A stretch of DNA of 44,406 nucleotides, from the NCBI GenBank assembly GCA_000405605.1, contig ASPA01000005.1, forward strand, positions 1 through 44,406, read 5' to 3'. The stretch is from Atribacteria bacterium SCGC AAA255-G05. GTDB taxonomy: Bacteria; Atribacterota; Phoenicimicrobiia; Phoenicimicrobiales; Phoenicimicrobiaceae. Positions 29,491 to 36,291 of the stretch are shown piece after piece. Below the pieces are notes generated by a model that searched no databases, was not told where the DNA came from, and worked only from the letters and a program-made list of their open reading frames with translations. Within the stretch, counting starts at the first letter, position 1; every line of letters begins with the position of its first letter. The translations under genes and the position numbers were made by a program.

Positions 29491-30846
29491 CTACTTTCTC
29501 ATTCTTTTTCTATACTCATAAGGTGATATACCTGCCTTTTTTTTAAAAACTTTACAAAAATAACTTTGATCTGTACAACCTATTTCAAAGGAAATCCGAG
29601 TTGCACTCCATCGAGTAGTTTCTAATAATCTTTTAGCTTCTTCAATCCGAACGTTAGTTAAAAATTGAAATAGAGTATATCCGGTTTCCTTTTTGAAAAT
29701 ATGGCTTAAATAATAAGGACTTAAATAAACTACCTTGCTTATGTCTTCTAATTTTATCTTCTTTTTATAATTTGTTCGAATAAATTCTTGCGCGTTTCTT
29801 ATAATATTAACATTTTTAATATTTTTATTCTCATAAACACACTCAGTAAATCTATCTAAAACTTCTACGATCCAAACACATAATTCTTCAATAGATTTAA
29901 GCATACCTAATTTTTGAATATATTCAAAGTTCAGTCCCAAAATCATTTCTAATTCTGCATTACCTTCTACGGCAGCTCGGGAAAGAACTACGGCTAATTC
30001 CAGGATTCGAGCTCGTACTATTTCTATTCGACCAGCATTTTTAAATAGTATCTTACCTAAAATTTTGTTTAAAACCTCTTTGGCTCCTTCTTTATCCCCT
30101 AACCTAACTCTCCTTAGCAGCTCTCTCTCTGTTTCTAAAGGATAAATCGAACTGATATAAATAAAAGAATCCTCCTCTTCTTCTTCTTTTTCAAGTAATT
30201 CTAACTCTTTTCTTTTCATCATCTGAATTTCTTCGGATATTTTTGCTTGTTGAATATATTTTTCTTGGCGTATCTTAGTATCTAACAACTCCGTATTAGA
30301 TAAATAATTAGCTGCAATATAAAGTATATCTGCAGCAGCCATAACCTTTTTTTCAGAAACAATTCTTAGCTTCTCCAGAGCTTCTCTTAATTTAAATTCT
30401 TCTATTCCTAAATTCTTAGTCTTTTCTATTACTTCTTTTATAAAATTAGGAGCTGGTTTTCGCATTAAAATTCCCTCAGAAATAAAAGAACCTAAAAGTT
30501 CCCCATTAATTAACACCGGGGTAATCCAGGTTATGATACCGAAACGGCATTGAAAAATATAAGAGTTTCCATATTCAGCACTTCTTAAACTATTATCATA
30601 GAATGATTTATAGCACTCTTTTCTTCCCTCTGAACTGCTTTGAACTAATTTACAAAAGGCACTCCCACTTCTAAGAGAATTTGAAGGTGAGAATATTCTC
30701 TCACCCTTATTATTTAAAAAATGAACTTGGAATTCAGTTAATCTCACGTAAGAATCCAAGATCCATTTAATTATTTTTTCCATTTGAAAAATATTTACAT
30801 CATTGGGTTCTTTATTTACTGAATTATTCTGCATAATTTTCCCCAT
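29491..30846 (-). CDS. PocR sensory domain + AraC-type HTH transcriptional regulator
   Basis: 451 aa. N-terminal PocR-like region (FCKLVQSSSEGRKECYKS...FQCRFGI). C-terminal double HTH (YLSHIFKKETGYTLFQFLTNVRIEEAKRLL...GCTDQSYFCKVFKKKAGISPYEYR). Confidence 0.85.
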   Translation of the reverse strand: MGKIMQNNSVNKEPNDVNIFQMEKIIKWILDSYVRLTEFQVHFLNNKGERIFSPSNSLRSGSAFCKLVQSSSEGRKECYKSFYDNSLRSAEYGNSYIFQCRFGIITWITPVLINGELLGSFISEGILMRKPAPNFIKEVIEKTKNLGIEEFKLREALEKLRIVSEKKVMAAADILYIAANYLSNTELLDTKIRQEKYIQQAKISEEIQMMKRKELELLEKEEEEEDSFIYISSIYPLETERELLRRVRLGDKEGAKEVLNKILGKILFKNAGRIEIVRARILELAVVLSRAAVEGNAELEMILGLNFEYIQKLGMLKSIEELCVWIVEVLDRFTECVYENKNIKNVNIIRNAQEFIRTNYKKKIKLEDISKVVYLSPYYLSHIFKKETGYTLFQFLTNVRIEEAKRLLETTRWSATRISFEIGCTDQSYFCKVFKKKAGISPYEYRKRMRK

Positions 30847-31007
30847 ATCTTTCTAAAATAAAATGAGCAGATATTTTTTTGGTTAAATTTTCCTTCTTTT
30901 GTATTGAAAAAATATATATTTATTAACGTTATTATAGCAAATTTAAAATTCTTTACAAGTTCAGCAATAGACTGTATAGTATGCCATGAACTACGTATAA
31001 ATATATT

Positions 31008-31036
31008 TTGACAAAAAGCTATCAAGTAATTATCAT
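31008..31036 (+). promoter_or_regulatory. Candidate sigma-70 promoter for the SSS symporter gene
   Basis: TTGACA (31008-31013), 17-nt spacer, TATCAT (31031-31036). About 45 nt upstream of the ATG at 31083. The ORF-track TTG start at 31008 is this -35 box. Confidence 0.5.
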
Positions 31037-31082
31037 AAATGTTAATTGTTTTAAACTTAGATTAAATAGGGTAAATAAAATT

Positions 31083-32477
31083 ATGATGTTTTTTTTAAAG
31101 CCTCTTCATATAATTGGTTTCCTTTCAGTCATTCTTTTAATAACCGTAGTAAGTGTCCTTTCAGGGAAAAAAGTCAAATCAGCAGATGATTTTATTACAA
31201 GCAAAAAAATGTCAAATTCCTGGATGGTAACCGGTACAATTACAGGTGTTTTAGTGGGCGGAGCTTCTACTATTGGTACTACTCAATTAGCTTTTCAATG
31301 TGGCATGTCAGCTTGGTGGTTTACTTTAGGTGAAGGGATTGCCTGTTTACTATTATTATTTTTAATTAAACCTTTAAAAGAAAGCGGAGTCCAAACCATC
31401 CCTCAATTTTTATCTCAAAGTTATGGCCAAAAGAGCATTATTCCTTCTTGTTTTTTTTCTTCTGCTGGAATGTTTATTTCTGTAGTTGCTCAACTGTTAT
31501 CTTTAGTAGCTCTTATCAGTAGCATGTTTACTTTAAATCCTTTATTAATAGCTTTTATCGGAATTTTATTAATGGCAACTTATATTATCTTCGGAGGAAT
31601 TTGGGGAAGTAGTTTAGTAGGAATAATAAAAATAATTTTAATTTATACGTTTTTAGCTATGGCAAGTATTTTTTGTTATAAATCATTTGGAAGTATCAGC
31701 AATTTAAAAGATATTTTTCCTTACTATCCCTGGTTCAGTCTTTTTGGTCGAGGATTTATGGTTGATTCATCTGCTTTATTTTCAACCCTCGTAGGGGTAA
31801 TTTCTACTCAAACTTGTATCCAGGCTGTCCTATCAGGAAAAAATATCTCAGTCTCTCGTAAAGGAGTTTTATTAAGTGCTTTTTTAATTCCTCCCACCGG
31901 AATTGCCGGAATTTTAATAGGTTTTTACATGAGAATTAACTATCCTGATATTAATTCAGCTCAAGCACTTCCTCTTTTTATTATTAAGCATTTCAACCCT
32001 CTTTTAAGCGGTATGGCTTTAGCAACTTTACTAATTGCCGCAACTGTAACTGGAGCAAGTTTAATATTGGGAATAAGTACTATGTTTACCCGAGATATCT
32101 ACCCGAAATTTTTCCGCTTTAACGAAAAAAGCGCACTACTACTATCGAGATTAACAATAATAATTATCTTATTTATTGCCCTTTTGTTTGTGAAACAAAA
32201 TTTATATTCTCTTATCATAAAATGGAATTTCCTTTCAATGGGATTAAGAGGGACTACAATTTTTTTCCCATTTTTGGCTTCAATTTTCTTTAAGGATTAT
32301 GTTTCTCTCTCAGCTGGTTTTTGGGCTATTACCATAGCCCCGCTATCAATTATAATTTGGAAAATAATATACCCCGAAGGATTAAATCCCGTTTTTATTG
32401 GCCTAACAATAAGTTTATTTATTTTAATAGGAATCTCTAAAATTTCTCTTTATAAGGAAAGAAAAAAATCCTTTTAG
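31083..32477 (+). CDS. Sodium:solute symporter (SSS) family transporter
   Basis: About 464 aa from MMFFLKPLH. About 13 TM segments, GGASTIGTTQLAF-type motif. The 25 codons upstream in the ORF track overlap the promoter and are not hydrophobic. Confidence 0.8.
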   Translation: MMFFLKPLHIIGFLSVILLITVVSVLSGKKVKSADDFITSKKMSNSWMVTGTITGVLVGGASTIGTTQLAFQCGMSAWWFTLGEGIACLLLLFLIKPLKESGVQTIPQFLSQSYGQKSIIPSCFFSSAGMFISVVAQLLSLVALISSMFTLNPLLIAFIGILLMATYIIFGGIWGSSLVGIIKIILIYTFLAMASIFCYKSFGSISNLKDIFPYYPWFSLFGRGFMVDSSALFSTLVGVISTQTCIQAVLSGKNISVSRKGVLLSAFLIPPTGIAGILIGFYMRINYPDINSAQALPLFIIKHFNPLLSGMALATLLIAATVTGASLILGISTMFTRDIYPKFFRFNEKSALLLSRLTIIIILFIALLFVKQNLYSLIIKWNFLSMGLRGTTIFFPFLASIFFKDYVSLSAGFWAITIAPLSIIIWKIIYPEGLNPVFIGLTISLFILIGISKISLYKERKKSF

Positions 32478-32666
32478 AGAATAACAAATAAATATTATCT
32501 TTAGTTTTTCTAATCTTATATCAAGGATATTATCTTATAACAGACTTTCTATTTTTCATTTCACCCGCTCCTCTTATAATTAATAAAATCCTATTACTTT
32601 TTTATTCCATACATTATCACTATAATCGTAAATTATTTTTTTATAATACTTTAAAATTTAACCTCA

Positions 32667-33376
32667 CTGAAACCCTTACAAAATAAGGCTTTCCGCCCAC
32701 ATCTAAGATAAGCCCTTTTAAGCGCCTATTTTAAAAAATATGAACAATCACTCCAGGCCACCTTAAAAAACGTAACTACGACAATATTTTTCTGAAAGCC
32801 TTATATCGCAAGGCTTTCAGACACGTAAAAATAGAGATTTTAGCCCTTTTTTGTCTCATTTTCTCTCTATTTTAGAAGCACTATCACTATCCTATATAAA
32901 AAAACGCTGAAACCCTTATGTTTGCTTTGTTTTAAAGCCTTCCTATTTTTTATTGTAAAAACTAATAATCCTCTAATTCCATATATATCTACTTCCCTTG
33001 TTTAGATAAAAACCTGTTCTCTGTTCCCCCTCTTTTTCTCCTTTACTGTAAAAAATGGTCTTCCTGAAAGCCTTGTATAATAAGGGTTTCAAAGGTAGGC
33101 TGCGTATTTTTGATTTTAAGCGACTATTTTGCCTCAACTTATGGTTTTACCCTCGGAAAATAGGTGTTTTTTGGCCTATTTTCACCCCCCCCCCAAAAAA
33201 ACCTAAAAATGGCTTCCTGTAAGGTTTACAGAATTTCGGGGAGGTCAAAAAAGACTAAAAAAAATGTCGTAATTACCGATTTTTCGAAAATTGAAGCCCG
33301 TTTAAAGGCACTCTACGTGCGTTAAAAGGATATTCCTGAAGAGGGTCTGAAAACCTTGTATAAAAAAGGCTTTCAG
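32667..33376. repeat. Array of 5 (6 with a variant) related palindromic hairpins in an ORF-free stretch
   Basis: CTGAAAGCCTT-N7-AAGGCTTTCAG is perfect at 32792-32820. Near-perfect copies at 33347-33376 and 33064-33092. Weaker copies at 32667-32694 and 32907-32940. Variant CTGTAAGGTTTACAG at 33217-33231. Spacing is 115-157 bp. Confidence 0.6.
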
Positions 33377-33411
33377 GGGGGATAAATATATTAAAATAAC
33401 AACACATCCTA

Positions 33412-33560
33412 TTTTTTCTATGGTTCAGCTTTCCATTTCGCGAGGCCTTCCTTTAGGACATCTATCTATAGCAATACCTAAAACTCAACTATCCGGTAAG
33501 GAACTCCTAAGACTCAATAGTTTGTCCGCTAAAAGTTATCGAACTATTAACCTGGTAACC
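33412..33560 (-). repeat. Internally deleted paralog (copy A) of the structured-RNA-like element at 34745-35205
   Basis: 33412-33472 is near-identical to 34745-34805, with 2 substitutions in the ~50-nt core. The next ~60 nt are diverged but alignable. 33527-33560 aligns with 35171-35205. The 306-nt core of copy B is missing. Confidence 0.55.
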
Positions 33561-33623
33561 TTCTATTTATTTAATTTAAAAACAAAAATGTTAATTGTCT
33601 AGGAAAATGGGATGGGTACCTAT

Positions 33624-34637
33624 TTATTTCAAAAGTCCTCTCTTAATCATGGAATCAACTTCATCGTTTGCACCCACATGGTGGATAGTGATATTTGGAT
33701 ATTCATTTTTGAAAACACGGAATACTTCATCTACGAAAGCTTGCCCTACAGATACGACTCCTTTGAAATCTAGAATGATTGTATTGAATTTTTCAAGACC
33801 CATTAATAATCGTTTTGCTTCTGACCTTGATACGTGAGGATCATTCGGATCCCCGCTTAACGCCACTGCTACGATTGTTTTTCCGAATCCAATCTCTTGG
33901 TCGGCGTATTGATCGAACACGCCTTTTGGTGTCTTTTTTGAATCGAGCGAGAGAACCATTTTAATGAGCGTGCCTTTTTTGAAATCTTCATTTTTTTCTG
34001 GCGAAAAAAACCAATCCTCGTTTTGAAATGTATAGAATATATCACTTGAAAGGATTGAAAAGCTATCAAACATCCTGGATGTAAAGAATATCCCCTCTCC
34101 TGTATGGTGTAATGGATCAGTTGTGAATTTACCTTTTGACAAATGGAGGATGGATTCCTTGATGGAATCTAAGTGTAGCGCTTTTTGAATTTTTTTGAAT
34201 ATCCCGATTCCATTATCCTTGATTATAATATTTAAAGTATTATTGCTAACTTCTATTTCCGTAATAATTGTGGTTCCTTTTGAATGGTCGATGGCATTAT
34301 TAAAAATCTCGGTAAAGCCGTAAGCACAAATTCTATAAATATTTTCCGGGTAGGATAAAATCATTGGTTTAACATATTTTAACCAAACTCTGTCTTCTGC
34401 TATACCAGGTTTTATTTTTTCGATGAATTGAATATATTTTCCATCAGCAAGAAAGTAATGTGTCCACCTCGTGCGCCCCGTTTTGATGATATTTCCATTT
34501 TCTACTTCTCTTATTAGGCATCGATGGGCTCTCTGCCTTGAAAATCCAAATTTCTTGGCCAGAACTATTGCAATGTCCCCTGGATGATTTTCTACATTAT
34601 CGAGGATAAATTTTTGTATAGTACTGCTTTTATTCAT
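33624..34637 (-). CDS. wHTH - GHKL (histidine-kinase-like) ATPase - STAS-like (DUF4325) fusion protein
   Basis: 337 aa. N-terminal wHTH-like 60 aa. GHKL N-box (EIFNNAIDHS), G1 (IKDNGIGI), G2-like (HHTGEGIFF). C-terminal ILDFKGVVSVGQAFVDEVFRVF is typical of DUF4325/STAS. No SD; an apparently leaderless promoter lies upstream. Confidence 0.8.
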   Translation of the reverse strand: MNKSSTIQKFILDNVENHPGDIAIVLAKKFGFSRQRAHRCLIREVENGNIIKTGRTRWTHYFLADGKYIQFIEKIKPGIAEDRVWLKYVKPMILSYPENIYRICAYGFTEIFNNAIDHSKGTTIITEIEVSNNTLNIIIKDNGIGIFKKIQKALHLDSIKESILHLSKGKFTTDPLHHTGEGIFFTSRMFDSFSILSSDIFYTFQNEDWFFSPEKNEDFKKGTLIKMVLSLDSKKTPKGVFDQYADQEIGFGKTIVAVALSGDPNDPHVSRSEAKRLLMGLEKFNTIILDFKGVVSVGQAFVDEVFRVFKNEYPNITIHHVGANDEVDSMIKRGLLK

Positions 34638-34642
34638 AAATT

Positions 34643-34718
34643 AATTATAATCTATTTGTAGTTCTTTGTAAACCCCCAAATCATTCTTTGTAAACCCTGC
34701 TCAGGACTTTTTGTAAAC
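34643..34718 (-). promoter_or_regulatory. Leaderless-type promoter overlapped by three iteron-like direct repeats
   Basis: The - strand reads GGTTTACAAAGAACTACAAATAGATTATAATTAATTTATG: -35 TTTACA (34671-34666), 17-nt spacer, -10 TATAAT (34648-34643), 6 nt, then ATG (34637). GGGTTTACAAAGAA occurs at 34674-34661 and 34696-34683, and GGTTTACAAAAAG at 34718-34706, 22-23 bp apart. Confidence 0.5.
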
Positions 34719-34744
34719 CTTGATTATTTAAACAGGGATACATC

Positions 34745-35205
34745 TTTTTTTCTACGGTTTAGCTTTCCATTTCGCGAGGCCTTCCTTTAGGACATCTATC
34801 TATTATAGTAATATCTAAAGCCTCAACCATCTAGTTAAGAAACTCTTCAGATCCTATGGTTGTCACGGTAGGACAGCCAGTTACCTGACTGCCCCCGCAC
34901 AGATCCTCTTTAGAATCTCACATTTAGCGATTCTTTTGTATAGGCTTCCGTTGCAGAAATGACGGCGCCATCTGCATTCATCTTTATTTACGAGGCTGTA
35001 TCATTCACTTTTGGGAAGTACGGTCTTCCCTATGGCCTATCTGTTTCCCTGTGTACGCTTCATCTAATGGTTACCCATTTTGATGCAACGCTTGGTATGG
35101 GTGGTTGGTTAGACCTTGCCCAGCAAGGACTTTCACCCTGCAAGACATATAAAACTTCTTGGCGCTCTTTCGCTAAAAGTTTTCGAATTATTAATCCGGC
35201 ACACC
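34745..35205 (-). ncRNA. Unclassified structured-RNA-like element (copy B), about 460 nt; strand assigned from GNRA loops
   Basis: GC-richer than its flanks. On the - strand there are two GUAA-capped hairpins (34874-34891; 35061-85 with an internal loop). Further clean hairpins at 35013-35030 and 35114-35128. No - strand ORF of 60 aa or more. The + strand ORF of copy A is broken in copy B (ATG to ACG, CAG to TAG). No known RNA family recognised. Confidence 0.4.
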
Positions 35206-35249
35206 TCGTTTCCTGTCACATTGACTGGCTGCTTCATCATTTCAAAATA

Positions 35250-35276
35250 AAAAGTCTCCTGTAAAAGGAGACTTTT
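35250..35276. terminator. Intrinsic-terminator-like hairpin, usable on both strands
   Basis: AAAAGTCTCCT-gtaaa-AGGAGACTTTT, an 11-bp perfect stem. T-run TTTTTAT on the + strand; TTTTTATTTTG on the - strand. Confidence 0.6.
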
Positions 35277-35324
35277 TATCGACCGGCATCCCGATCTAAA
35301 TTAACAAGCTTATCGTACAATTGT

Positions 35325-35352
35325 ATTATACCTTAGAGAAATGATTTGTCAA
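35325..35352 (-). promoter_or_regulatory. Consensus sigma-70 promoter on the - strand
   Basis: - strand TTGACA (35352-35347), 16-nt spacer, TATAAT (35330-35325). Both hexamers match consensus exactly. Divergent from the UDG gene. Confidence 0.55.
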
Positions 35353-35496
35353 TAGTTTAAAACTTTTCTCTTAATTCCTTGCTAAAAAGTATAAAAAAAT
35401 GGTAAAATTATAAAAATATTTAATGACTTAAAATAATTATCAGTAGTTTTCCATTAATATTTACTTCGATAATTAAAATAAAGGGGAGTAAAATTG

Positions 35497-36084
35497 ATGT
35501 CTAAAAATTTTAATCCACTTACGATAGAAGAAGTTGCAGAAGAATGTAAAAGTTGTGAAAAATGTCCTTTGTATCTTTCTCGCACAGAGGTTGTTCCCGG
35601 GGAAGGAAATGCAAAATCTAAAGTAATGTTTATCGGAGAAGCTCCGGGAGAAGATGAAGACCTCAATGGTAAACCTTTTGTGGGTAAAGCTGGCCAACTT
35701 TTGACTAAAATTTTGCAGTCAGTTGATATTAAAAGAGAAGATATATTCATCACTAATATGTTAAAATGCCGACCGCCTGCTAATCGTAATCCTTCAAAAA
35801 GCGAAATAGAAACCTGTCTTCCTTATTTGGAAACCCAGATCGCTTTAATCAATCCCAAAATTATCGTTACTCTGGGTAATGTCCCCACTCAACATCTTTT
35901 AGAAACCACTCAGGGAATCACTAAAATTCGAGGCCAGTGGTTTGATTGGTTAGGAGGAATAAAGATATTTCCTATGTTTCATCCCAGTTATTTATTAAGA
36001 AACGAAGCAACTTTCCCGGGCAGCCCCAAAGAACTAACCTGGAAGGATATAAAAACTCTCAAAAAAGCTATTGATGAACTTTAA
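35497..36084 (+). CDS. Uracil-DNA glycosylase, family 4
   Basis: 195 aa from the ATG at 35497 (SD AGGGGAG 8 nt upstream). CEKCPLYLSRTEVVPGEGNAKSKVMFIGEAPGEDEDLNGKPFVGKAGQLL and HPSYLLRN motifs. Confidence 0.9.
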   Translation: MSKNFNPLTIEEVAEECKSCEKCPLYLSRTEVVPGEGNAKSKVMFIGEAPGEDEDLNGKPFVGKAGQLLTKILQSVDIKREDIFITNMLKCRPPANRNPSKSEIETCLPYLETQIALINPKIIVTLGNVPTQHLLETTQGITKIRGQWFDWLGGIKIFPMFHPSYLLRNEATFPGSPKELTWKDIKTLKKAIDEL

Positions 36085-36291
36085 TATTTACTTTTGATTT
36101 TTATTCTGAGTCATTATTTTTTGTAGAAACATTCTCTTGCAGCTCAATCTGTTGCAAAAGGTCTTCCTTACCATTTTCTATATGTTTTTTCATTAATTGT
36201 TCTACCAGTTCTTCATCTTTTTTGATAAGAGCTTCTAAGATTATCTTATGTTCATCTTTCGATTCTTTCTGTTTTTTTTTCGAGATAATAT

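Noticed and set aside
30816-31025. 69-aa - strand ORF upstream of the PocR-AraC gene
   Set aside because: It overlaps the divergent promoter region and the regulator's 5' end, and has no RBS or similarity.
33217-33231. Fourth copy of the iteron core (TGTAAACC) inside the variant hairpin CTGTAAGGTTTACAG
   Set aside because: An 8-mer match is expected about once by chance in 2 x 44 kb, and more often in AT-rich DNA. It is in the opposite orientation. Noted but not counted as evidence.
32667-33376. Possible CRISPR array (repeated ~29-nt palindromes)
   Set aside because: The repeats are degenerate rather than near-identical. Spacing is 115-157 bp (spacers of ~90-130 nt), far outside CRISPR ranges. 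Inter-repeat segments share motifs with each other. No cas genes are in the window.
33420-33602. 60-aa + strand ORF over repeat copy A
   Set aside because: The homologous sequence in copy B has ACG instead of ATG and a TAG at the third codon, so the frame is not conserved between the paralogs.
34745-35205. Identity as RNase P RNA, tmRNA, group II intron or cobalamin riboswitch
   Set aside because: Isolated look-alike strings exist: AGGGTGAAAGTCC, CAGGTAAC, GTGTG/GTGCG, and CTGCCCCCGCAC on the + strand. They are in the wrong order, spacing or strand relative to the conserved cores I remember. There is no domain V-like hairpin, no tag reading frame or tRNA-like end, and no reverse transcriptase. 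Left unclassified.
34959-35264. 101-aa + strand ORF inside element B as a real gene
   Set aside because: It has no Shine-Dalgarno and no recognisable domain, and it runs into the terminator hairpin. The region has RNA-like hairpins on the opposite strand. I cannot fully exclude a small protein.
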